From: Myxococcales bacterium
GTDB lineage: Bacteria > Myxococcota_A > UBA9042
DNA length: 36,491 nucleotides
NCBI GenBank assembly: GCA_002726535.1
Contig: PBTG01000078.1
Location: 1-36,491, forward strand
Reading direction: 5' to 3'
Shown: piece by piece, positions 10,101 through 17,231 of the stretch
Position numbering within the stretch: position 1 is the first letter of the stretch
How the letters are laid out: each line of letters starts with the position of its first letter
Translations under genes and position numbers: made by a program
The notes under the pieces: generated by a model
Seen by the model: the letters and a program-made list of their open reading frames with translations, nothing else
Database searches by the model: none
Told to the model about the DNA's origin: nothing

Positions 10101-11825
10101 AAGCTCGGGCTCGGTCGTACAAATGTTGTCATCATCGCATCCGACCTCGACTGCATCGCAGCCTGTGCCCGCTACGCAGACATCCAGCGTACAGGGGTTG
10201 CCGTCATCGCAGGTCTTGTCTTTGCCCTTGCAGGAGCCCTTATCGCAGGCGTCGTTTAGGGTGCAATCGTTGCCATCGTCACACTTTTCACCGTCTTTGA
10301 CTGCAGTGTTCGAGCACGTGCCCGTCTTCTTGTCGCAAGAGTCAGTAGTGCATGCATTGTTGTCATCACAGTTTTTCGGATTGCTTAGGCTGCATTGACC
10401 ATCTTTGCAGGTGTCGTCGCTAGTGCAGGCGTCGCCATCGGTACAAGGCAACGCATTTTTGAGAAACTGACAGCCTTTGGATTTCTCACAAAATTCAGTA
10501 GTGCAAATGTTGCCATCGTCACAGTTTTTGGCCGTCGAGATGCATTTGGTGTCTTTGCATGTGTCTATGGTGCACGCGTCGCCATCGGTGCAAGTGACCG
10601 TATTGGGTAGATTGGCGCAGCCTTTGGCGGGATCACAGCTGTCGTCTGTACAGATGTTGTTGTCATCGCAGCCAACCTTGCTACCAACACAAGACCCGCC
10701 GGAGCACATCTCGTTTTCCGTACAAGCGTCCGCATCATCGCAGGTCACCTTGTTGGCCAAGTTCACACAGCCCTTGGCTTTGTCACAGCTATCGTCAGTG
10801 CATACGTTGTTGTCGTCGCACTGCACCGCAGGGCCAACACACGCACCGGACTCACATTTGTCATCTTTGGTGCACGCATCGCCGTCATCACAATTGGCGC
10901 TGTCATCATTGGTTACCGTACAGCCAGCTGGACCGCCGCAGGCATCTTGAGTACATGGGTTGCCGTCATCGCAGAGCGAGCCATTGTCAGCGGTGCCGTC
11001 GCAATCTTGGTCTACACCGTCGCAGGTCTCAGCCTGGGGAGTTGCCGGCTCGCATGCGCTCAACCCTTTGTCTTCGCAGCTTCGGGTTGCTTCGCAGCCA
11101 GGAAGCCCATCAGCGTAACAACTGGTCGTCAGCGCTTTGAGCTTAGCCCAGCCGTTGCAGGTACACTCAGCGTCTTGGTTTGGCAGGCAACGCTTGGCCT
11201 CTTTGCCAGCGACGTCCTTGCTGTCAACGCAGGCGTACCCTTCAGCACAATCCCCATCAACCGCGCATGCCGTCGAGCAAAAACTTCCGGTAGCGCCGCG
11301 ATCAACACAAGCACCATCGGTAGCGCCAGGCACGTCGCAGTGCGCGTTGGTCAGGCAGGGTGAACAGGTCGCTACAAATGGGTCGACGCAGAATTTCGCG
11401 CTCGCCAAGTCGGTGCAAACCCCGTTTTCACAGGTGTCTTTGTCATCACAAGGGACCGCACAACTCGATTTGCCATCCGCGCCGAGCACACAAGGTCCAG
11501 ATGAGCATTCACTATCTTCTTTACATTCACAGCCAGGCGCTCCAGGGCAGGTAGGAGCAGCGTCAGGGCTCGAGGCGTCCTGCTCGGTGCTGCTGTCTGA
11601 GGCGGTGGTGTCGAAGTTAGAGCTATCAGCCGATGTGGTGTCCTGGCCGGTCGAGGTGTCATCGACAACCGATGTGTCCTCTGATCCAGAGGTTTCCCCT
11701 TGCGACACGGTATCGCTCGATTGCTCATCATCAACGGGAGCCTCTCCACAACCTGCAAATAATAGCGTTGAAGTGGTGAAAGAGACGACCAGTAGCGATG
11801 AAAAATAACGAGACATTGCCCTCAT
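4113..11825 (-). CDS. giant (2570 aa) Cys-rich repeat lipoprotein with three RCC1-like beta-propellers, a beta-sandwich domain and a C-terminal somatomedin-B-like domain; putative adhesin
   Basis: Start moved from 11927 to ATG 11825 (AGGAGG 5 nt upstream). Lipobox LFAG-C26, S/T/D-rich linker, ETCDGVDQDCDG motif, about 32 CDDGNxCT-type repeats, RCC1 repeats (CWGxNxYGQLG, xSAGYxHxC), two CGxGxC-x3-ET-x3-C-x2-DC units and an SMB-type cysteine pattern. Uninterrupted 7.7-kb ORF. Confidence 0.88.
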   Translation of the reverse strand: MRAMSRYFSSLLVVSFTTSTLLFAGCGEAPVDDEQSSDTVSQGETSGSEDTSVVDDTSTGQDTTSADSSNFDTTASDSSTEQDASSPDAAPTCPGAPGCECKEDSECSSGPCVLGADGKSSCAVPCDDKDTCENGVCTDLASAKFCVDPFVATCSPCLTNAHCDVPGATDGACVDRGATGSFCSTACAVDGDCAEGYACVDSKDVAGKEAKRCLPNQDAECTCNGWAKLKALTTSCYADGLPGCEATRSCEDKGLSACEPATPQAETCDGVDQDCDGTADNGSLCDDGNPCTQDACGGPAGCTVTNDDSANCDDGDACTKDDKCESGACVGPAVQCDDNNVCTDDSCDKAKGCVNLANKVTCDDADACTENEMCSGGSCVGSKVGCDDNNICTDDSCDPAKGCANLPNTVTCTDGDACTIDTCKDTKCISTAKNCDDGNICTTEFCEKSKGCQFLKNALPCTDGDACTSDDTCKDGQCSLSNPKNCDDNNACTTDSCDKKTGTCSNTAVKDGEKCDDGNDCTLNDACDKGSCKGKDKTCDDGNPCTLDVCVAGTGCDAVEVGCDDDNICTTEPELCDPKVGCGLPKAVSPCNQNKVKFPYQVGFKCGSEASQAWTLSKGALGPVWAVDKTPAKPQSEVFDCSLNFNNGTDFNCQPGGAKVEGTATSPEIAIVGALSPALTFNYAGDWESNTYDDLVVEVVDVVSKQATQLATLNGSATWKPMSYDLKAFIGKTIQIRFTFKTTDCVQNDGIGPFIDALSVSDVHCSFAGCDDGDACTKGVCDVQTGKCTNSPNLGAPCDDGNPCSNSFCDKDGKCAGTPWVGKACDDGNECTKDSCDDKGACVGTPLLGATCDDGNECTMKDACDKDAKCQGSVSGGKSCDDGQVCTGPDKCDLSAKCVGAPAKGKACDDEDACTSSDVCDEKAQCAGVTKCDDGNACTNDSCDPVNGFCKFATNTDLCSDGNACSLGDKCKDGICFAGDKTNCDDGNACTADLCDTKSGLCTHNVIQGCKITCKSDSDCADTDLCTANTCDVKTGSCNIAPAKDGTVCGVGSTCLKGGCAPVNPVDGWAVKLSAYSNGNFHCALLKNKSVACWGRNNYGQLGDGTNLTSGKPVAVKDLKNIIDISAGYQHACAVDQQGKIYCWGYNSSYQLGEGTTTSSKVPVTAAKGITDAIAVSAGYNHTCALRKDKTVVCWGNNSDGQSGGSDSGTIAKIEGMSNVVSIFTALNLSCAIRSDGSKWCWGRNDNLIAKAPETFSFSSPVRDSRTSKWSSAFVGNRTICGITFKGVAECIGNNGYNQLGVNTSSPTPGYVNPKGLPSVIGYSGGLSHGVWLSNDGVAYSVGRNQYGQLGDGTKVSKSIPSPMDWVSNIVQVSASYYRTCVLRADGSVWCTGSNLYGSLGGGSTSTTGQKTRLTHVADGACQTDAFCKDDNTCTKQQCSLSTGLCSMTVNTNVFCDDGDKCTSNGKCDKDGICQETAKVCDDGNPCTIEEACEGGKCFVVKNANCDDGNPCTTDACDTKNGNCTHSKVAPCVVKCTDDAGCSDNQVCTADKCVNGLCQWTPGNEGAICGLSKVCTAGACKSLQITGFATQIAQHPNARHACVLRPKGTVSCWGYNNNGQLGNGLKTSSSVPVAVQKVTNATAVAVGYLHSCAIVTGGKVMCWGDNLYGQLGNGSTTDSTSPVEVKGLSGAVTLAMTNYSTCAVNLQGGVKCWGRNSDKELGSKSLTSSSSSLPVDANVADVVAIDGGNGHYCALSKLGETYCWGYNLYSNAMTTASTADIAVTKVTKFPKAVSLGVGNQNTCVVSLKGELHCIGQNNNGQLGIGSKTPTDSAADVYVAKVKDVAMFSGGLDHAVTLSTSATISTWGDNYYGQLGNGTKSASSAIDQTTPAPLVAPKDSIQVSAGYRSTCALHKTGSVWCVGYNLYGALGNGKTANAQVWTRVADGACSSNAECNMGQGCYANTCDIVTAQCNIIPTVGKLCDDGDPCTTGDACSQAGVCVAKPKDCDDGNGCTFDPVCEAGQCKQLGKVSCDDKNPCTVDLCDSKTGGCSSTPIANCKWTCKQDTECDDGKPCTKDTCDLALGECKQIAGNDGAACGLSSVCKAGACGPLTSGWAKQVDSHNYGYHTCAVTTGKKVFCWGRNNYGQTGKGSTSTSEKVPVQVAGLAGIKQVSGGYYHSCAVAEDGALYCWGYNSDGQVGNNATATALQPALVLKGVDSVDCGDYHTCAVKTDGTVWCWGRNTDGQVGNGVASSVDLKVPTQTKNVSNIVQVSLGKSFSCGRTKSGSVMCWGYNYYNNLLSSNTADVINAVKITDFPPVSMITAGSYALGALDDKGNAWAKGYNPHGALGLGKLSAGGTYGKEIKAVQMKPLGSGLWQYDLGYYLTYFLKSDSQAYALGYNQSGGLGNGTTTTSLAPVKITNGTNVIQVTTRYRGGCVLTNKGDVWCTGYGTYGGNGDNKTIATQSTLVKVLQPIPTVCGDGKCEGLETPSTCIKDCKPVCGNGTCDPTETLANCEKDCKKPHPCDGSCGGQNTTFSCWCDNLCKNYGDCCSATGAKANACSGSTCQTCQ
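4410..8627 (-). repeat. three tandem [Cys-rich spacer + RCC1-like propeller] super-repeats within the giant gene
   Basis: Propellers at about 8627-7570, 7068-5990 and 5487-4410. Each is preceded by CG-x4-C-x2-G-x-C and starts G(W/F)A; the first two end VADGAC. Each spacer between propellers has five Cys repeats. Confidence 0.85.
8640..10972 (-). repeat. Cys-rich CDDGNxCTxDxC repeat arrays (12 + 10 units) flanking a Cys-poor beta-sandwich domain at about 9540-10030
   Basis: Units counted in the translation. An identical 27-bp segment (tggtgcattcgttgccgtcgtcacagg) occurs at 9248-9274 and 9329-9355, 81 nt apart. Confidence 0.85.
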
Positions 11826-11967
11826 AGCATCCTCCTGCCAGCGGATTTTAGGCCCTTCAACGGACAAAAACCGCGACGTTACAGGTATCAGTGCAATATT
11901 CTGAGGCTTTTTGCAACTCGAGCACACAGTTTTTCAATAACAAATAAAAAATAAAAACACAATAATA

Positions 11968-13125
11968 TTAAATATTTAGTGGGTTTTTACTCTCACCTTT
12001 TGGGCTTTTAAAAGCGACCTGGACCCAAAACGCGGCGACGACGGCGACGCCTGCAGCCAACAAAAAGAGGCCGCGGAGCGCACCGGTCCCCTCTAAGGTC
12101 GTTGCACTCAAGAGCATCACCAAAGGGCCAAGCCCGGCCGCAGAGGCCATCAAAGCAGACTGGGCAGAATTTCGAGCCTGCTCTGGCACGTTATCGCTGA
12201 GCCAAGCGATAGCTCCCATCCAAAAGGCGCCAAAGGTCACGCCATGGGTGAACTGCACGGCCGTAATCAGCAGAGGGTCCTCAACAGCACCTGTTATCAA
12301 AAAGCGTGGAATGCAAACCCAAATGGCCAAGCGCATCATGCCCACTGCTCCAATACGCCGGAGCAACCAGCCAGACAGACCCATCACCGTCACCTCAACG
12401 GTCAACCCGCCGATGAAAGCCGCTGTAGCATACGATGTGGGAGCGCCAAGCTCGGCCATGTACAGCGAAAACAAGAAATCGTAGGCAGCGTGCATCGTGC
12501 CCAGAAGGCCGCCCAAACCGATTACTGCGGCGACTTTTTTGTCCTTAAATACAGATCGTAATTCACTAAACCCAGCCAATCGAGCCTGGAACTTGGCTTG
12601 AGGCAACGACCACGTCCACAGGGCGCACAAACTCAGCAATAAGGCGTTAATCAATAGCGGCGTGTCGACGACCTGGTCGATCTGAGTGCCAACGCCAAAC
12701 ACCATTGCCGCAAAACAAACCGAGCCCCACATCCTGACGCGACCATACTCAGCGGCTCCTTGGTCAAGGGCCGCGACGGTCAGAGCGTCAACCAAAGGGA
12801 TCATCGGCGCCCGACTGAGCGCGAGCAGCGCAAAACTCACCACCACAATGACCCAATTGTCCGTCATCGCAGCAACAATCGATGACAAGGCCGCCAAGCA
12901 TGCCGCGCCTCTCAGCCAGCGTTCAGGTCTTTCGCTCCGGTCGGTCAGATAGCCCCAAAGCAACCCTGCACTCAAAAAACCGAGCGGGAATAGGGTCAAG
13001 ATCGCCGCTGTCTCGGAGGCGGATGCTCCACGCTGCGCTAGAGTGCGGGCCAAAAAAGGATGCAAGGCGCCGAGGCTGCCAATGGCCATCGTGTACCAAA
13101 GAGCGAGCCGAAAACTCGGTGACAT
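11968..13125 (-). CDS. MFS transporter (HcaT/YwbF/MFS_1_like type)
   Basis: 385 aa with about 12 hydrophobic segments; WGYLTDRS and YGRVRMWGS motifs; starts 11 nt downstream of the preceding lipoprotein stop. Confidence 0.85.
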   Translation of the reverse strand: MSPSFRLALWYTMAIGSLGALHPFLARTLAQRGASASETAAILTLFPLGFLSAGLLWGYLTDRSERPERWLRGAACLAALSSIVAAMTDNWVIVVVSFALLALSRAPMIPLVDALTVAALDQGAAEYGRVRMWGSVCFAAMVFGVGTQIDQVVDTPLLINALLLSLCALWTWSLPQAKFQARLAGFSELRSVFKDKKVAAVIGLGGLLGTMHAAYDFLFSLYMAELGAPTSYATAAFIGGLTVEVTVMGLSGWLLRRIGAVGMMRLAIWVCIPRFLITGAVEDPLLITAVQFTHGVTFGAFWMGAIAWLSDNVPEQARNSAQSALMASAAGLGPLVMLLSATTLEGTGALRGLFLLAAGVAVVAAFWVQVAFKSPKGESKNPLNI

Positions 13126-13136
13126 ACGTGAGAAAT

Positions 13137-14525
13137 TCAGAGTTGAGCCTCAGTGCTTACGCCAGCACCCCACCAGGGTGCTTTCGAACCACTAAAACCT
13201 TGCAGGCTTTTGCCTTTTCCTGATTTTTCGTCGATCTCCCAAACGTTCGTGTTGCTACTAAAGCCATAAAACACGCCGCCCCACCAAGCCAGACCCCACA
13301 AGTTGTTGGCACCGATGACTCCAAGATCACTGATGACCTTGCCGGTCTTTGGGTTGACTTTGACGAGCACATCTTCAGAGACGCCCGACTTTTTCACCGT
13401 CGCGTAGGTGCCGACGCCCAAGACGCTAAAGGCGTCACCACTGGAGCTGTAACCGCTGCCATAGCTACCGAGCTTAATGACTTTGTTATTGATCAGATCG
13501 ATGTGCCACCACCCACCATTGTTGGCGATCCCGATCAAAGCATCTTGGCTGGGATAGACCGTCCCTTTGTGTACAAAAGTCAGTCCATTGAACTGAGTAG
13601 GTAACTTCATCACCCAGCTGCATGAAGCGGTTTGTGTCTTGCATTTGAAGAGATCAGTGAAAGTCACCGCATACATGATGTTGCTGCGATCCAAGGCAAT
13701 GTCAGTCACCAACCCCTTAGACTTGTTGAAAGTGAAGGTCCCAACCAATGAGAAGCTCTTGGTCTTGAGGTCCAGTTTGTACAGCGCGCTGCTGGTATGT
13801 GCGAACAACGTCCCGACACTGACGCATACGCCCGCCTCGCAGGTCTTTGTTTGCCCGCAGGGCGTTTGATCAACAGCCTGACTGGAGACGCAGCCTTTGA
13901 CGGGATCGCAAGAATCATCGGTACACAAGTTGCCATCATCACAATTGGGGGCTGTTCCTTTGCAGAAACCATCGCTGCATACGTCATTTTCGGTGCACAT
14001 CGAATCATCATCACAGGATCCCGTCTTTGCGACGAAGGAACACCCTTTACTCGGATCGCAAGAAGCGATGACGCAGGGATTGGCCGAGGAACAATCCAAA
14101 GGGGTTGAGCCGACGCATTTCGAAGCGCTGCACTGATCCTCCGTGGTGCAAGCATCGCCATCATCACAGCTGAGTGATTCTGCGACGGGTTGATGCTGAC
14201 ATTGGCCCGCTGCGCAGGTGTCCGTCGTGCATGGGTTGTCGTCGTCACATTGGCAGTTGCCTACATCTGCGCCAGTTGAGTCTGCTGCGTCTGAGGTGAC
14301 AGAGTCTTCGGATACACCGCCGTCAGAGACAGCTGCATCACTGCTCTCGCTTGCGTCGGCGACATCGACAGCGCCACTGTCGACGTTAACAATCGCGATA
14401 CCATCGTCTTGCTGAGTATCTAGAGACGATTCAGTGCCACAGGCGAAAACAAGCATACACAGCAACAAGGACGACGAAGTCTTAAGATATCTGTTGATCC
14501 GTGAAAGAGCGTATGCAAAGCGCAT
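13137..14525 (-). CDS. Cys-rich repeat lipoprotein with C-terminal beta-propeller-like domain (462 aa)
   Basis: Start moved to ATG 14525 (AAGGA 5 nt upstream; avoids overlap with the divergent gene). Lipobox VFA-C29, acidic linker, five CDDGNxCT-type repeats, CGQTKTCEAGVC, then a beta-rich domain (LFAHTSSALYKLD, TDIALD, FNGLTF, SSGD, LWGLAW, WWGAG). Confidence 0.8.
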   Translation of the reverse strand: MRFAYALSRINRYLKTSSSLLLCMLVFACGTESSLDTQQDDGIAIVNVDSGAVDVADASESSDAAVSDGGVSEDSVTSDAADSTGADVGNCQCDDDNPCTTDTCAAGQCQHQPVAESLSCDDGDACTTEDQCSASKCVGSTPLDCSSANPCVIASCDPSKGCSFVAKTGSCDDDSMCTENDVCSDGFCKGTAPNCDDGNLCTDDSCDPVKGCVSSQAVDQTPCGQTKTCEAGVCVSVGTLFAHTSSALYKLDLKTKSFSLVGTFTFNKSKGLVTDIALDRSNIMYAVTFTDLFKCKTQTASCSWVMKLPTQFNGLTFVHKGTVYPSQDALIGIANNGGWWHIDLINNKVIKLGSYGSGYSSSGDAFSVLGVGTYATVKKSGVSEDVLVKVNPKTGKVISDLGVIGANNLWGLAWWGGVFYGFSSNTNVWEIDEKSGKGKSLQGFSGSKAPWWGAGVSTEAQL

Positions 14526-14594
14526 TGTATTCCTTTCCAACGTTGCGTTCCCGCAAAGGTTAGCCCATGGTTCAGTCACTGGATAGGAGAAGCT

Positions 14595-15539
14595 ATGAGC
14601 GGACACTTTTTTGATCAGACGACCATCCCCGTCATCGCCGCACCCATGTTTTTGGTCTCACAACCCAAACTGGTCGTCGCCTCGTGTAGAGCTGGGATTA
14701 TCGGCACTTTTCCTGCACTCAACCACAGAACCACCGAGGGCTTTGATCAGTGGCTGACGGATATTGAGTCAGCCCTAGAGCAGAGCCGTAGAGACGATCC
14801 AGACGCGATCATCTCGCCTTACGGCGTCAATTTGATCGTCCACCGGACCAATCCCCGGGTGAAGGCGGATCTGGAGGTGATCGTCAAACACAAAACACCT
14901 CTGGTGATCACTTCGCTTGGTGCTGTGAAAGAGGTCGTCGACGCAGTGCACAGCTACGGCGGTAAAGTATTCCACGACGTGACCAACGTTCGGCATGCAA
15001 AAAAAGCGATCGGCGCTGGAGTCGACGGATTGATTCTGGTGACCGCTGGAGCAGGTGGTCACGCAGGCACCCTGTCGCCCTTCGCACTCCTGCCAGAAAT
15101 TCGAAAGATTTTCGACGGCACCATCTGTTTAGCAGGTTGCATCTCCGACGGAGCAGCAGTCGCATCGGCCAGAGCCCTTGGCGCTGACTTTGCCTACATG
15201 GGAACTCGCTTCATCGCCGTTGAAGAAGCCAACGCGCCTGACAACTACAAGCAGATGATTTTGGAGACTTCAGCCAAAGATATCATTTACACAGCAGCCA
15301 TCTCAGGCATACCAGCCAGCTTCCTTGCGCCAAGTTTGGTCGCCGCTGGCATCCGCCTAGAGGATCTCCCTGCACACAAAGAGATCAACCTAGGTGAAGA
15401 GCTCGACACCGAATCCAAGGCCTGGAAGGACATTTGGTCGGCAGGACAGGGCGTCGGCACCATCGACGATGTGCCGACGGTGGCGGAGTTGGTCTCCCGA
15501 TTCAAAGCACAATACCTACAAGCCAAGGCCCGGGTGTGA
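14595..15539 (+). CDS. nitronate monooxygenase / FabK-like FMN-dependent oxidoreductase
   Basis: PVIAAPMFLVS, GAGGHAG, GADFAYMGTRFIA, WKDIWSAGQG motifs; AGGAG RBS. Confidence 0.92.
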   Translation: MSGHFFDQTTIPVIAAPMFLVSQPKLVVASCRAGIIGTFPALNHRTTEGFDQWLTDIESALEQSRRDDPDAIISPYGVNLIVHRTNPRVKADLEVIVKHKTPLVITSLGAVKEVVDAVHSYGGKVFHDVTNVRHAKKAIGAGVDGLILVTAGAGGHAGTLSPFALLPEIRKIFDGTICLAGCISDGAAVASARALGADFAYMGTRFIAVEEANAPDNYKQMILETSAKDIIYTAAISGIPASFLAPSLVAAGIRLEDLPAHKEINLGEELDTESKAWKDIWSAGQGVGTIDDVPTVAELVSRFKAQYLQAKARV

Positions 15540-17215
15540 TCAAAGCGCAGGGCTTGCAGATACACAGGATGTCTACCCTGGCTCTATTTGGCAGCAGACT
15601 CACCGTGATGGCGGCGCTCAGTGCGATTGCCAGCGTCGTTGTCGCCAGCCCACCTCGACATGACCGACTGCCAACTGGGCCTCTACGACTCAGCCCGTCA
15701 CGACCAGCAGATCGACTTCCTTCACATGTAGAGACCGCCTCTGGCCGACTCAAGCGCCCGGCAGATCGAGGTGTCTTTCAGATTTCAACGCCCACACACA
15801 ATCAACAGCGTTTCGACGACCGAACCGAGCGAGAGGGACGTCTAGAATATGGTGTCGTCTTCGAACCCACCATTGCCCCTTTCAAGAGAAGCTATTGTTT
15901 TGAACGTGTCGATGCCAATGGACAGCTACGCCGGGCGCTCAATGCGGTACCAATCGAAGCTCGAGGGGGTCCAGATCGACTCCATCATGAGTTATTTTGG
16001 GGAGCCATCCGGGTGCAATTGGAGCCAAATCAAAGGGTCACGCTGCCCTCGGTATCGCCCTCGTCGAGACTGATCGCGTGGGTCAGTGAACCCAAAGTCA
16101 AGCTACAGATGTTTCGAGACGCCAACGGCATCTGGTCGGTATCGTCACCTCAAGAGCACAAAGCGGTCAGCCTTCGGTATCTGATGGATGCGCCTTCTCG
16201 ATATTTCGGGAGCCCTTTGGGCTCAGGAGTGACTCATTTAGACCCTTGGAAACCGAAGCTGGCCCAATCCTTTCAAACCAAAGTCGAGGCCTTGTGGCCT
16301 ACCCTGGGGCTGTCGACGCAGCTCGATCGCAAAGAGCGTATCGAGGCGCTGACACGTTGGTTTCGATCCTTTGAACCCGGAGGGACATCGAGCGGTCGAG
16401 ATCTCCTACAAGTGATCGCGCAACGTCAGGGAGTCTGCCGACACAGAACACATGGCTTTGTTGTGGTCGCCCACAGCCTCGGCATCTCAGCCCGTTACGT
16501 AGGTAATGAAGCCCATGCTTTTGTAGAAGTGTGGGTACGTTTCGCCGACGCACGCGAAGGTTGGCTGAGGATCGATTTAGGCGGTGGCGCCGAGCAACTC
16601 CACCTTCGCGCGACAGGACGGCGAAATCTGCATCGCCCACTGCAGTCTGATGCGTTGCCTAAGCCGATTGCATTTCGAAGTCACATCGGCCGAGTTGCTG
16701 GTGCATTGTCCATGGCTGGTGCAAGCAAAGTGACGATTGATCATCCTGTTCAAATGAATACAACCCCAAAAGGCCACCTCGTCGGTACGCCGACCCAACC
16801 TCGCATTTTGTCGTGGATCGAACATCGGGCACGGAGGCTTGCCGGACAAAAGATCCGTGAGTTGAGTGACCCACGTTCGGTCAGTACCTTAACGATTCAA
16901 GGGCCTGAAAAGGCTTGGAGAAGAGGGGGGTTGAAGGTCCGTGGACAACTCAATGGCCCGGCTCAATCACTGCCAAAGCAACGAATTGAGCTGTGGCTAA
17001 TTTCTCCCGTCGAGCCCACCAAGGCGATCCATGTAGGATCGATGAAAACGGGCGCACAAGGTCATTTTCAAGGTCAAGTGAGACTGGATAGGCGCGTCGG
17101 TCTTGGCCCATGGGATCTCGTTGCATATTTCGCAGGTTCTCCTCAGCTTGCAGCCTGTTATTCTCAAAGCCCAAAGCACTCAAAATCCAGCGGTGATGAG
17201 GCGGCTCGTAAGTGA
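15536..17215 (+). CDS. secreted transglutaminase-like (Cys-His-Asp triad) domain protein with C-terminal Ig-like domain
   Basis: GVCRHR (Cys), NEAHAFVEVW (His), WLRIDLGG (Asp); hydrophobic N-terminal segment. Start placed at the GTG overlapping the upstream stop (GTGA 15536-15539); ATG 15569 is an alternative. Confidence 0.75.
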   Translation: MIKAQGLQIHRMSTLALFGSRLTVMAALSAIASVVVASPPRHDRLPTGPLRLSPSRPADRLPSHVETASGRLKRPADRGVFQISTPTHNQQRFDDRTEREGRLEYGVVFEPTIAPFKRSYCFERVDANGQLRRALNAVPIEARGGPDRLHHELFWGAIRVQLEPNQRVTLPSVSPSSRLIAWVSEPKVKLQMFRDANGIWSVSSPQEHKAVSLRYLMDAPSRYFGSPLGSGVTHLDPWKPKLAQSFQTKVEALWPTLGLSTQLDRKERIEALTRWFRSFEPGGTSSGRDLLQVIAQRQGVCRHRTHGFVVVAHSLGISARYVGNEAHAFVEVWVRFADAREGWLRIDLGGGAEQLHLRATGRRNLHRPLQSDALPKPIAFRSHIGRVAGALSMAGASKVTIDHPVQMNTTPKGHLVGTPTQPRILSWIEHRARRLAGQKIRELSDPRSVSTLTIQGPEKAWRRGGLKVRGQLNGPAQSLPKQRIELWLISPVEPTKAIHVGSMKTGAQGHFQGQVRLDRRVGLGPWDLVAYFAGSPQLAACYSQSPKHSKSSGDEAARK

Positions 17216-17231
17216 TAACAGGAGCACAACG

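Noticed and set aside
4257-11808. Many plus-strand ORFs with repeated HGLPSSQ/QALPSSQ motifs opposite the giant gene
   Set aside because: They are antisense shadows of the CDDGNxC codons. They mirror the repeat period and show no independent family motifs.
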